From an uncultured Candidatus Saccharibacteria bacterium (GTDB taxonomy: Bacteria > Patescibacteriota > Minisyncoccia > Phycocordibacterales > UBA9973): a DNA stretch of 64,000 nucleotides. This document shows positions 41,880-51,884 of the stretch, in pieces. The notes under the pieces were generated by a model. It was not told the DNA's origin. It saw nothing but the letters and a program-made list of their open reading frames with translations, and did not search any database. The translations under genes and the position numbers were made by a program. The stretch is taken from positions 36,743-100,742 of the forward strand of contig CAZFSV010000002.1 of assembly GCA_964522195.1 (NCBI GenBank), in the 5' to 3' direction. Each line of letters opens with the position of its first letter. Position 1 is the stretch's first letter.

Positions 41880-44800
41880 ATGAAAAAATATTTATCAGGT
41901 TTTCTTGTTTTTAGTTTAGTTTTCGGAGCTCTAATTTTACCAATCAACCAAACAAATGCTGCTCCAGTAACAATTTTCTCAGAGAGTTTTGGTGATAATA
42001 ACTTAGGTAATGATATGGACCCAATATCATGGAATAGTTGGTCCGATGGAGGAAACAGTGGCGATGATGCAGAAATAAGAGTTGGTTCAAATGGTAATAA
42101 CAATGATTCTGTAAGTCCTAATGGTGGTAGATTTGCTATGGCATTAGGCCAAGATGGTTATTTTTGTAAAACTATAGATACTACAGGATATAATAATGTA
42201 AATCTTTCTTATTATTGGAGAGGTGATAGTAATGCGAATAATAATGATTTTGGATTAGTTCAAATTAAAGAAGCTGGTAATGGAATCTTTTGTAGTGATA
42301 ATTCAGGATGGACTACTTTAAAAAGTCATGCATTAGATATTGATAATAATTGGTCTACTCAATCTGCATTTACAGATAACATATTAAACAATAAAAATTT
42401 ATTACTTCGTTTTAAGGTTGATGCAAATCAAAATACTGAAGATTTTCGTGTTGATGGTATTTTGATAAGTGGAGATTTAATACCTGTTGCTCCAACTACA
42501 GCTAAAGTTACTATTGTAAAATACATCAATGGAGTACCAGCTACACCAGAAAATACTAATAATGCTTCTTTCCCTATGACTGCAACATGGAATGCTACTA
42601 ATATAGGTTCTGGCACAGGTAACTATAATCTAAGTTCTACTGGTTTCAATAACCCAAATCCATATCAAGCTACTACTGCAGATATGACTACAGGAGCTGA
42701 TTATAGTACTTATGAAAATACTGGAACTGCATGTGTCTCACCAATGATGTATGCTCTAACAGGCTATACAACAGGAGATACTTTAAATGATGCTACTTTG
42801 GCTGTTCCATCCCTAACCACTCCAAGTTTTACAAATCTACAAACTGATAAATTCGTAATCGTTTGGAATAAGACTTGTGTTGATTTACCTACTCACTTAA
42901 CTCCAGCTGACAATTCTGTTCGAACTACAGCTGAGCAAACTCTGATAGATTGGTCTGATGTTGTAAGTTGGGCAAGTCCTGTAACTTATATGTATCAATC
43001 AGCTCTTTCAATGGCTACAAATATGGATGGATCATTTACAAGTCCTGCATACACTTCAGGAGCTTTAACTAGTTCAGAAATACCAACTCCAGGTACTCCA
43101 GAAGGTATTTACTACTGGCATGTCAAAGCTACTGATTCTGCAAACAACACAAGTGGATGGACTATTCCTTGGAAAATAACTATCAATAATACAGGAAGTC
43201 TAACTGTAAATAAAAATGTTCTAAAACCAGACGGTGTTACCGAAGTATCAGATAATCAATCTTTCTCTGTAATGCTAAACGGTGGAAATACTCAAAACGT
43301 AAGTGAAAATATTTCATATACTTATACAAATTTAACTCCAGGAACTTACACAGTTACAGAAGGAGTAAATGGTAATTATGAATTTGTTTCTTTCTCTAAT
43401 GACTCTGACTCTGAAACAGCAGGCGCTCAAGTAGAAGTAGTTGCAAATCAAAATACAGTTGTAACAATAACTAACAAACAAAAAAAAGGAACTCTTACAA
43501 TAAATAAAATCGTTACAAATCCTAACGATGGAGAAGCTATCGCTACAGATTTCTCTTTCCAAGTTAACGGAGGCGAAGCTATTGCTTTTACAGATAGTGA
43601 TGACGAAAATAATTTAACAGGTCAAAATATTATTTCTGTAGATCCTGGAACTTATACAATTACAGAAGTTATCCCAGAAGGAGCTTATGCTATATCATAT
43701 AGTGCTAACTGTACTAATGCAGTATTAACAAGCAACAGTAACATAGTTTGTACAATCACAAATAGTGATATTCCTGCAGGTAAAGGTGCTATAACTGTAG
43801 TTAAAAATTTACCTAATGATAACGGAGGAGATTTCGTATTAAGTGATTTTCCTCTTAATGTATCAGGTACAACAACAGAAGAAACACCTATGTCTGTAAG
43901 TGAATCAGTAGCTAGTGGTATTTCTGAATTTTTTACACCAGGAACTTATGTTGTTTCCGAAGATAATCCTAATGAATTAAGTGGTTATACAACAACTATC
44001 AGTTGTACAGATGGAGAAAATACACTAACAAATGGTAATATTACAGTTTCAGATCAACAAGCTTGGGTTTGTACTATTACTAATGATGACGAACCTGCAA
44101 AATTAACTATAATAAAAAAAGTGGTTAATAATGCTTGGATGGGTACTTTAGAAGAAACTTTCAATTTTAACTTAATAGGAGAAGACACTGAAGAAGAGAT
44201 TGCAATCACAACAGAAGCTCCTGAAATGATGGAAGAAGAATCAAAAATCTACGAACAAGATTATCAAGCTATGGGTGAATCAGAAGTTATTACTTTGAAT
44301 TCCGGAAGTTATACTTTAACTGAAGATTTATTACCTGAATGGAATTTAACAGATATTTCTTGTTCTGTTAAAACAGAAGAAACAGAAAATGGTGTATATC
44401 TTTCATTGCAAAATGGTGAAGATGTTACTTGTACTTTTGTAAATACTCGTAAAACAGGAACTTTGGTAATAGAAAAAATTGTAGTAAATGATGACGGTAA
44501 AGAACTTACTGTTTCTGATTTCGCAGGATTTACTATAAACAATAGTGAACCAATTCCTTTTGAATCAGATGAAGACGAAATGTCAGGAGGTAAGACTGTT
44601 ATTTTAGAATTAGGTACTTATCAAATTTCTGAACCAGTAACAGAAGGATATTACAAAGTAACTGAAAATTGTGAAGCTGTAAACATAACAGAAGGTACAA
44701 TAAAAACTTGTAAATTTAGAAATGATGATGTTGGATTCTTTGTTCACTCAGGTGGATCTGGATCTAGTGGTGGTCAAGTTTTAGGAGCTTCTACAGAAAC

Positions 44801-45176
44801 ACCAGCCCCATCACCAACAACTCCTACAGAAACTCCAAAAGGTGAGGTTTTAGGAGCAACTTCATGTAGTACAATTTACTTAAACGACTTCCTGTACTTT
44901 GGAAAGAAAAATAATCCTGAACAAGTTAAGTTGTTACAAACTTTCTTGAATGAAGAATTAGGATTAAAATTAGTAGTGGATGGAAAATTTGGTAGAACTA
45001 CAAGAAATGCAGTTATAGCTTTCCAAGAAAAATACGGAACTGATGTCTTAACTCCTTGGGCTCCGTTTGGACTAAAGAGTGGAAAGGGAACAGGTAACGT
45101 TTACAAGACTACAAAATGGAAAATCAACATGATTAAATGTGCTGATTTGAAATTAGAAGTTCCTCAACTTCCATAA
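41880..45176 (+). CDS. Large secreted surface protein with repeated SpaA/prealbumin-like Ig domains and a C-terminal peptidoglycan-binding-like domain
   Basis: Signal peptide; repeats of LT.NK...PGTYT.TE...CT.TN; VKLLQTFLN...VDGKFG..T..AVIAFQ. Confidence 0.8.
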   Translation: MKKYLSGFLVFSLVFGALILPINQTNAAPVTIFSESFGDNNLGNDMDPISWNSWSDGGNSGDDAEIRVGSNGNNNDSVSPNGGRFAMALGQDGYFCKTIDTTGYNNVNLSYYWRGDSNANNNDFGLVQIKEAGNGIFCSDNSGWTTLKSHALDIDNNWSTQSAFTDNILNNKNLLLRFKVDANQNTEDFRVDGILISGDLIPVAPTTAKVTIVKYINGVPATPENTNNASFPMTATWNATNIGSGTGNYNLSSTGFNNPNPYQATTADMTTGADYSTYENTGTACVSPMMYALTGYTTGDTLNDATLAVPSLTTPSFTNLQTDKFVIVWNKTCVDLPTHLTPADNSVRTTAEQTLIDWSDVVSWASPVTYMYQSALSMATNMDGSFTSPAYTSGALTSSEIPTPGTPEGIYYWHVKATDSANNTSGWTIPWKITINNTGSLTVNKNVLKPDGVTEVSDNQSFSVMLNGGNTQNVSENISYTYTNLTPGTYTVTEGVNGNYEFVSFSNDSDSETAGAQVEVVANQNTVVTITNKQKKGTLTINKIVTNPNDGEAIATDFSFQVNGGEAIAFTDSDDENNLTGQNIISVDPGTYTITEVIPEGAYAISYSANCTNAVLTSNSNIVCTITNSDIPAGKGAITVVKNLPNDNGGDFVLSDFPLNVSGTTTEETPMSVSESVASGISEFFTPGTYVVSEDNPNELSGYTTTISCTDGENTLTNGNITVSDQQAWVCTITNDDEPAKLTIIKKVVNNAWMGTLEETFNFNLIGEDTEEEIAITTEAPEMMEEESKIYEQDYQAMGESEVITLNSGSYTLTEDLLPEWNLTDISCSVKTEETENGVYLSLQNGEDVTCTFVNTRKTGTLVIEKIVVNDDGKELTVSDFAGFTINNSEPIPFESDEDEMSGGKTVILELGTYQISEPVTEGYYKVTENCEAVNITEGTIKTCKFRNDDVGFFVHSGGSGSSGGQVLGASTETPAPSPTTPTETPKGEVLGATSCSTIYLNDFLYFGKKNNPEQVKLLQTFLNEELGLKLVVDGKFGRTTRNAVIAFQEKYGTDVLTPWAPFGLKSGKGTGNVYKTTKWKINMIKCADLKLEVPQLP

Positions 45177-45197
45177 TAACTTTATAAAATAAAGCTA

Positions 45198-45235
45198 AAT
45201 TTAAAAACACGGCCTCTTGACCGTGTTTTTAAATT
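45198..45235 (+). terminator. Intrinsic terminator
   Basis: aatttaaaaacacgg...ccgtgtttttaaatt. Confidence 0.8.
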
Positions 45236-45251
45236 GTTATATAATGCTACT

Positions 45252-46385
45252 GTGAAGAAATTTTTAAATAATTTAAAAAATCATTTTGTGCCCCATGAAG
45301 GCAACAATCATCATCCTCACTTTTTTAAAGAGAAATCTATTCTTTCTTTATTGTCTCTAGTTATAGCAATTGAAATTTTATTTTTATTTCAAACTTTATT
45401 TATTTTAAATAGAACCAATTTCTTATCTGCCGTTTTACCTGGTGTTTTAACTTCTTTAACAAACGAACAAAGATTGCAAAATAATGCTCCAATTTTAACA
45501 GAGAACCAGCTTTTAGTTAATGCCGCTCAACTTAAAGCCAACGATATGGCAAGTCGTGGATATTTTTCTCATAATACTCCAGATGGTAAAACCCCATGGT
45601 ATTTTTTGGAACAAGCTGGTTATAAATACTCACAGGCTGGTGAGAATTTAGCTGTTAATTTTTTTGAATCTATCGATGTAGCAAACGCTTGGATGGCTTC
45701 ACCAACCCATAGAGCCAATATTGTTAAAAAGGAATACACTGAAATAGGCATTGCTGTCGCTTCAGGTGTCTACGAAGGTCGTAGTGCTGTTTTTGTGGTT
45801 CAATTTTTTGGTAAACCTCAAACTGTAGCAATAAATACAAATTCAAATCAAATTAACACTAATAAGAATATAGAAAATATTCAAACCCCTACAAATGTTT
45901 TAGGAGAAGATGTTTTGGTTAAAACAGAACCAATTAAAAAAACTACCCCGAAAACTGTAGTTAAAAAAGAAGAAACTAAAGAAGTCTTAAAAGTTCTGAA
46001 AGAAAATTCTCCTGTTGTTATTAATACAAGTGAAAATAAAGATATACAAAGAGCAATTGAATCAGAGCCAGTTTTGGCTGTTTTTAAAGATTTAAATAAA
46101 TTGCAAGATAATCAATTAATAACAAAGATAAAAAACAAATTAAATTTAGTATTAACTTCTCCTAATAAATTTACAAATAATATGTTTCTAATCATACTTT
46201 CTTTTATAAGCTTTGTTTTTATTATTTATTTAATAAAATCTCAAATCTCACATTCTTTTATTTTAACTAGAACTTTTGGTGTCTTAACAGTAGTATTTAT
46301 GTTAATGTTTTTAAATCTTACATTCTTTTATAAAGATACAAAAATATTAGAAACAGCAAGCTCTTTTACGTCAATTGCCTTATAA
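45252..46385 (+). CDS. CAP (SCP) domain membrane protein
   Basis: TNEQR, YFSH, AGENLA and WMASPTHRANI motifs; GTG start at 45252. Confidence 0.9.
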   Translation: MKKFLNNLKNHFVPHEGNNHHPHFFKEKSILSLLSLVIAIEILFLFQTLFILNRTNFLSAVLPGVLTSLTNEQRLQNNAPILTENQLLVNAAQLKANDMASRGYFSHNTPDGKTPWYFLEQAGYKYSQAGENLAVNFFESIDVANAWMASPTHRANIVKKEYTEIGIAVASGVYEGRSAVFVVQFFGKPQTVAINTNSNQINTNKNIENIQTPTNVLGEDVLVKTEPIKKTTPKTVVKKEETKEVLKVLKENSPVVINTSENKDIQRAIESEPVLAVFKDLNKLQDNQLITKIKNKLNLVLTSPNKFTNNMFLIILSFISFVFIIYLIKSQISHSFILTRTFGVLTVVFMLMFLNLTFFYKDTKILETASSFTSIAL

Positions 46386-46409
46386 TTTTTTCTTTTATAT
46401 AATTAGATA

Positions 46410-46625
46410 ATGCAAATATCAAAATTACTTTTATACACGGGAATTTGGACAATGATCTTGCCTTATTTAGGTATCCCTTCTTTTATTAAAAATATTTTAT
46501 TCGTTATTACTGGTTTTGTTTTAATCTATTTAAGTATCTTGCTTAGAAATATGAAGAAAAATGATAGCTTCAAAAAAGCTTTTGAAAATTTCTCAGAAAA
46601 TTTACATCTAATAAATAAAAGTTAA
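46410..46625 (+). CDS. Small two-TM membrane protein
   Basis: Hydrophobic ORF (LPYLGIP) with TATAAT shortly before the ATG; adjacent to ctpA. Confidence 0.75.
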   Translation: MQISKLLLYTGIWTMILPYLGIPSFIKNILFVITGFVLIYLSILLRNMKKNDSFKKAFENFSENLHLINKS

Positions 46626-46626
46626 T

Positions 46627-47814
46627 ATGTTTAATTTTTTTCAATCTAAAGAAAATAGGAATTATATTTTAGTAGGTTTTTTAATATTTGCTATTGGGTT
46701 TTATGTTGGAGGATTAAAAAAAGAAAAAACTCCTGTTGTTTATACAGGTCAAGCTGATTTAACAGATTTTTGGCATGCTTGGAATATTATTGACGAGAAA
46801 TATCCAAATGCTAGCGAGACAGATAATCAAGAAAGGCTTTATGGTGCGATAAAAGGATTAGTAGGTTCTTTAAATGATCCATACAGTACTTTTTTTACCC
46901 CAGAAGAAACAAAAAGCTTTGAAGAAGATATTTCCGGTAATTTTAGTGGGGTTGGTATGGAAGTTGGCATGAAAGAAGGTGTTTTGACTGTAATTGCTCC
47001 TTTAAAAAATACTCCTGCTTATAAAGCTGGTATTAAATCTGGAGATAAGGTATTAAAAATTGACGAAACTTTAACCAATGATTTGTCTATAGAAGAAGCT
47101 ATCAAATTAATAAGAGGAGAGAAGGGAACTAATGTAAAACTTTCTATATACAGAGAAGGAGAAAATAAACCGAGAGAAATAACAATAACTAGAGATATTA
47201 TAAATGTACCTTCTTTAGAAACAGAACTTAGAAAAGATGGAATTTTTGTAGTCAGACTTTATAGTTTTGATGCAAATGCTACAAAGCTTTTCAGAAATGC
47301 AATGCGCGAATTTTCTAAAGCAAATTCAGATAAATTATTGTTAGACCTTAGAGGTAATCCAGGTGGATACTTAGAATCTGCTGTTGATATAGCTTCTTGG
47401 TTCTTACCTTCCGGAGAAATAGTATTAATAGAAGATTACGGTGGCAAAAAAGAGCAAGAAAAATTTGATAGTTATGGTTATGACATTTTCAATGAAAACT
47501 TAAAATTTGTTATTTTGATTGATGAAGGTTCAGCTTCAGCTTCAGAAATTCTAGCAGGATCTATGCAAGATTATAAAAAAGCTAAAATTATAGGCAAGCA
47601 AAGTTACGGCAAGGGATCAGTTCAAGAAGTTGTTGATATCACAAAAGACACTCGCTTAAAAATAACTGTAGCTAATTGGTTAACACCTAAAGGAAGTTCT
47701 ATTACAAATAAGGGAGTCACCCCTGATATCGTAGTAGACAGAGGAGAAGATGAAAATGATTTACAATTAGAGAAAGCAGTTTCAGAATTACTTAATTGGA
47801 ATAAAGATAATTAA
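46627..47814 (+). CDS. ctpA: S41A carboxyl-terminal protease
   Basis: LNDPYS, PDZ domain, DLRGNPGG, SASASEI and GKGSVQ motifs. Confidence 0.95.
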   Translation: MFNFFQSKENRNYILVGFLIFAIGFYVGGLKKEKTPVVYTGQADLTDFWHAWNIIDEKYPNASETDNQERLYGAIKGLVGSLNDPYSTFFTPEETKSFEEDISGNFSGVGMEVGMKEGVLTVIAPLKNTPAYKAGIKSGDKVLKIDETLTNDLSIEEAIKLIRGEKGTNVKLSIYREGENKPREITITRDIINVPSLETELRKDGIFVVRLYSFDANATKLFRNAMREFSKANSDKLLLDLRGNPGGYLESAVDIASWFLPSGEIVLIEDYGGKKEQEKFDSYGYDIFNENLKFVILIDEGSASASEILAGSMQDYKKAKIIGKQSYGKGSVQEVVDITKDTRLKITVANWLTPKGSSITNKGVTPDIVVDRGEDENDLQLEKAVSELLNWNKDN

Positions 47815-47845
47815 GTCGGTATTATAAATTTAATTTATTATTGAT

Positions 47846-48289
47846 ATGAAAGTTATATTCTTAAAAGATGTCCCTAGGGTTGGTAGAAAAAATGAAGTGA
47901 AAGAAGTAAATGACGGTTATGCTTTAAATTTTTTATTGCCTAATAAATTAGCTATAAAAGGTAGCCCTAAAGCTATTAAGCAACTAGAATTAAAACAAAA
48001 AGGTATTATAGTAGAAAAACAAGTTCAAAAAGATTTGCTTATTAAAAACCTTAAAGAATTAGAAGGTAAGATTATAATCTTTAAAGAAAAAGCAAACGAA
48101 AAAGGTCATCTATTTAAGTCAATTCATTCTAAAGAAATTGTTTCTGAATTAAAAAAACAACATCATATAGACATAGATGAATCTATAATTAAATTAGATA
48201 AACCAATTAAAGAAACAGGTAAAGTAGAAGTCCCAATAGAAATAAATGAAATCAAATCCTTCTTGTCTCTAGAAATACAAAATAACTAA
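47846..48289 (+). CDS. rplI: 50S ribosomal protein L9
   Basis: MKVIFLKDV..VG....VKEVNDGYALNFLLP. Confidence 0.96.
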   Translation: MKVIFLKDVPRVGRKNEVKEVNDGYALNFLLPNKLAIKGSPKAIKQLELKQKGIIVEKQVQKDLLIKNLKELEGKIIIFKEKANEKGHLFKSIHSKEIVSELKKQHHIDIDESIIKLDKPIKETGKVEVPIEINEIKSFLSLEIQNN

Positions 48290-48290
48290 C

Positions 48291-48328
48291 ATATAAAAAA
48301 CCTCCTTTTTACGGGAGGTTTTTTATAT
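48291..48328. terminator. Bidirectional terminator
   Basis: atataaaaaacctcc...ggaggttttttatat. Confidence 0.8.
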
Positions 48329-48331
48329 TAT

Positions 48332-48604
48332 TTAATTTACGTTTACAACTTTTTTAACAACAGTTTTGTTATTAAATGAAGTTTTTCTTTTTGATCCGAA
48401 TTTAACAACTCCTTCTTTTAAAGCAAATAATGTATGGTCTTTGCCTATACCTACGTTATTTCCAGCTAAGATTACAGTTCCTCTTTGGCGAACAATAATG
48501 TCTCCAGATTTTGCTCTTTGACCATCAGCAAGTTTAGTACCTAGGTACTTTGGATTCGAATCTCTTAAGTTTTTGGCGGTTCCGCCGGCTTTCCTATGTG
48601 CCAT
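48332..48604 (-). CDS. rpmA: 50S ribosomal protein L27
   Basis: MAHRKAGG...RDS.PKYLG...IIVRQRGT...GKDHTLFA. Confidence 0.98.
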   Translation of the reverse strand: MAHRKAGGTAKNLRDSNPKYLGTKLADGQRAKSGDIIVRQRGTVILAGNNVGIGKDHTLFALKEGVVKFGSKRKTSFNNKTVVKKVVNVN

Positions 48605-48660
48605 ATTATTTTTTTAAATTTAATGTTAAAATTAATGTATAAATAACTATAAACCATTTT

Positions 48661-49041
48661 ATGGAAAAAATCAAGTATTTTTTAGAAAGTGAAAAAGGTA
48701 AAAATATATTAATAATTTTAGTTATTATTTTAGTTGGTTTAGGGTCTTTTGAGCTAGGTAGAATGTCCGTAAAAGAGGTTAAAAATGACTCAAATATAGG
48801 GTTTTCAAGTCAAGAAGCTAATGTTATTAAATCAACTCAAAACGAGCTTTTAGAGCAAAAATACGAGTTTAAAGGGGTAGATTTGAATGGTAAAGAGTAT
48901 TTTGCTTCAAAAAGAGGAAGTAAGTACTATCCATTTGGTTGTTCTGCTGGAAAAAGTATAAAAGAAGAAAATAGAATATATTTCTCTAATGAAGAAGAAG
49001 CAATAAAAGCCGGCTATTCTAAATCATCTTCTTGTAATTAA
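48661..49041 (+). CDS. Membrane-anchored protein with Ada-type metal-binding-like C-terminus
   Basis: N-terminal TM; ASKRGSKYY..GC....I.EENRIYF.NEEEA..AGY. Confidence 0.75.
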   Translation: MEKIKYFLESEKGKNILIILVIILVGLGSFELGRMSVKEVKNDSNIGFSSQEANVIKSTQNELLEQKYEFKGVDLNGKEYFASKRGSKYYPFGCSAGKSIKEENRIYFSNEEEAIKAGYSKSSSCN

Positions 49042-49094
49042 TTAAACAAAAAACTACAAAGGGTTACCCTTTGTAGTTTTTTTATAAAATAGAT

Positions 49095-50288
49095 TTAATG
49101 ACTGTGCTTATGATGTTTTAAATTTTCTTCTTCTTTTTTGAGGATTTCTTCGTTCACTTCTCGCTCATCTTTTTTCATTAAAAGTAGGGTAGCGATATAA
49201 GTAGTTATAGGTACTGCAAGGATCAAACTAATACTACCAACTAAAATACGAACTATTTCTGTGGCAAAAATTTCACGATTTAAAATTAATTCTATGTTTG
49301 TGGAATTTGAAAAAAGAAGCAAGAGTGGGAGAGAAGCACCAGCATAAGCAATAGCTAAAGTATCAACTAAAGCTCCTATATGTTCCCGACCCATACGCAT
49401 TGCCCTTTTAAAAATTTTCTTTCTTTTTATGTGTGGAGCTATATGATGCAACTCTTCAACAAAGATAGCTTGATTAATAGCTATATCATAAAGCACTCCT
49501 AAAAGACCTATCATAATTCCACCTATCAATATTCCAACTAAATCAATTTCTCCTGCAAAATTTCTATTCAAGAAGACAGCTTCTTCGTTATCGTAACCAG
49601 TAAATTTTCCATATTCAACCGAAAAATAAGCAAGTGTTCCAGTAAAAATAATAGTTGTAATCATTCCTAAAACTGCTGAAGTTGTAGTTTTGTTTACGCC
49701 ATGAGTAATATATGATCCAGCAATAATTATAAAAGAAGATACAATAATACTAATCAAAACAGGGGAATAGCCAGCTAAAATTCCAGGAAGGAGCGCATAT
49801 AAAATTAATATAAAACTTAGAGCAAGACTTATAAGTCCTCGCAAGCCTTGAACTCCACCTATTAGAACAGTCAACACTATGAAAATAAAAAGTAAAATAT
49901 AAATTATATTTAATCTGTACGGCTCCATCATCGCAAAAAATTCTTCTCCTTCGCGAGTTGTATGATTGAGGTAAAAAATATCTCCAACTTGAAGGGGAGT
50001 GAAATCATTGTTAAAGGTTACTACCCTGTCTTTATTATTTCCCTCTAGGATTATTGCTCTGATTTCTTGATTTTTATTTTCTATATTAAAAACTGGAATT
50101 ATATCTGATTCTTTAAAGTTCATATCTAGGACTTTTGCTTTTACAATTTCTTGAGTCTCCTCTATTGGGGTAGGTGAATCCTCTCTCTCATTTATTTGAG
50201 CGACAACCTTATTATTAGAAATAAAAAAAATACTTATTAAAAGTAGGGAAAGAGTAATTATATTTAATTTGTTTTTAAATTTAAACAT
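49095..50288 (-). CDS. YibE/F family membrane protein
   Basis: GVLYDIAINQ and GALVDTLAIAYAG motifs, multiple TMs, His-rich C-terminus. Confidence 0.9.
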   Translation of the reverse strand: MFKFKNKLNIITLSLLLISIFFISNNKVVAQINEREDSPTPIEETQEIVKAKVLDMNFKESDIIPVFNIENKNQEIRAIILEGNNKDRVVTFNNDFTPLQVGDIFYLNHTTREGEEFFAMMEPYRLNIIYILLFIFIVLTVLIGGVQGLRGLISLALSFILILYALLPGILAGYSPVLISIIVSSFIIIAGSYITHGVNKTTTSAVLGMITTIIFTGTLAYFSVEYGKFTGYDNEEAVFLNRNFAGEIDLVGILIGGIMIGLLGVLYDIAINQAIFVEELHHIAPHIKRKKIFKRAMRMGREHIGALVDTLAIAYAGASLPLLLLFSNSTNIELILNREIFATEIVRILVGSISLILAVPITTYIATLLLMKKDEREVNEEILKKEEENLKHHKHSH

Positions 50289-50388
50289 TATTTGAGTTTG
50301 TTATTTTTAAAGGTGATTTTATATTAACTATGTCGCACAATATATCTTTTGGTGAGATGGCTTATATTTATATATAATAAATAAAGCT

Positions 50389-50532
50389 TTAATAAACACT
50401 TATTAATAAATCTCTAAACCAATTATATACTCCTGTAAAAGTTACGCCCATATATCTCATTAATAATAATGCGCCAATAATTACAATTATTACGTAAACT
50501 AATCCTCCTTGTTTATTTTTAAAATTTCTCAT
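50389..50532 (-). CDS. 47-aa pilin-like small protein (absent from the ORF track)
   Basis: MRNFKNKQGG|LVYVIIVIIGALLLMRYMG...: basic leader ending in G, then a hydrophobic helix. Confidence 0.6.
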   Translation of the reverse strand: MRNFKNKQGGLVYVIIVIIGALLLMRYMGVTFTGVYNWFRDLLISVY

Positions 50533-50573
50533 TTTTCCAAATTTTTGATTATTTCTAATAAAATTATTATAAC

Positions 50574-51884
50574 TTAATTTTTATATTTTGGTAAATAATA
50601 CATCGGGTCCAAGTATGCATTCACTGGAGCAAATGGCTGAGTTAAAGTTTTACCTGCACATGCCCTACTTGGCTTAGTTTCAACTTTCGCAGCCTGACTA
50701 GCATAAATTGTTAGGTGCAAATGTGGACCTGTGGTATGTCCGGTATTACCACTATAAGCAATCAAATCTCCACGAGAAACTTTTTGACCTGGAGTAGCTT
50801 TAATCAAAGACAGATGACCATAAGTACTTGCAAGTCCATTGTTATGTTCGATAAAAACCCATTTTCCAAAAGATGCACCTCTGCAAGTCTCATCAGTATC
50901 TCCAACAGCCTTAACAACTCCTTCAGCTACAGAAAAAACTGGTGTTCCTACCGAAGCTCTAAAATCGACTCCAGAATGACTTCCCGAGGCATAAAGTCTC
51001 TTGGATGCACTGGTAACACCGAATAATTGAGTTATATAAACATTCTCAAGCGGCCAAGCTAAAACATTTGCTCCGGGTAAAGAATTTGGATCCAAGATAT
51101 ATTTCAGCTGAGACTCATACTCACGAAGTTCTTTCTCTAAAGCAATTTTTAAATTTTGCTTTTCTTTGAGAAGTTTTTGATAGTTAGATTCATTATTTTT
51201 AGTATCTTTTAATAATTTTTCCGTATCTTTTTTATTTTGTTCGATTAATTTTTTTTCATCAGCTAAATCTCTTTTTAACTTCTCTAAATTTTCTTTAACT
51301 TTAACTGTAGTATTTTGAGTATCTTCTAAATCTCCTTTTATCGTTTTCAAATTACCGACTTCTTCACGGATATTTTCACGAATTGTAATAATATTGTCTA
51401 AATCATTCCAAACTTCAGTTAAGCCATTTTTATTTAAAAGCAAAACAAAAAAATCAGTATTATCTAATTCATTCATAGATCTAAAACTTTTCTTTAAAGC
51501 GCTTGTATTAAGATCTATTTCTTGGTTTTTAACTCCAATCTCAGAAGATAATTCCTCTATTTTAGATTCAGCATTTTGTATTTGTTTTTGAGTTAAATTA
51601 ATATTTAAAGCTAGTTTTTTGCTGCTTAATTCAAGTTCTTTTATAGCTTTACTTAGAGAATTCTTTTGTTTACCTAAATTATTTATTTCAGATTGAAAAC
51701 TTTTAATTTGAGTTTCTATATTTGCAATGTCTAAATTCCTAGAATTTATTTCCGATTCTAAGCTTTCTTTGGTTTTAGTTTGAGCGGAAATATATGAAGT
51801 ATATAAAAAACTAAAGAACAATATAAATACAAGTAAGGCTAAACTAATCTTGTATTGCTTTTTGTAATCTAAAAATTGTCTCAT
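50574..51884 (-). CDS. Coiled-coil M23 peptidase (peptidoglycan endopeptidase)
   Basis: HSGVD, YGHL and TGPHLH motifs; N-terminal TM and coiled coil. Confidence 0.92.
   Translation of the reverse strand: MRQFLDYKKQYKISLALLVFILFFSFLYTSYISAQTKTKESLESEINSRNLDIANIETQIKSFQSEINNLGKQKNSLSKAIKELELSSKKLALNINLTQKQIQNAESKIEELSSEIGVKNQEIDLNTSALKKSFRSMNELDNTDFFVLLLNKNGLTEVWNDLDNIITIRENIREEVGNLKTIKGDLEDTQNTTVKVKENLEKLKRDLADEKKLIEQNKKDTEKLLKDTKNNESNYQKLLKEKQNLKIALEKELREYESQLKYILDPNSLPGANVLAWPLENVYITQLFGVTSASKRLYASGSHSGVDFRASVGTPVFSVAEGVVKAVGDTDETCRGASFGKWVFIEHNNGLASTYGHLSLIKATPGQKVSRGDLIAYSGNTGHTTGPHLHLTIYASQAAKVETKPSRACAGKTLTQPFAPVNAYLDPMYYLPKYKN

Noticed and set aside
51844-51884. 41-bp overlap of gltX and the M23 gene as a special feature
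   Set aside because: Short overlaps are common in compact genomes and the M23 start is uncertain.
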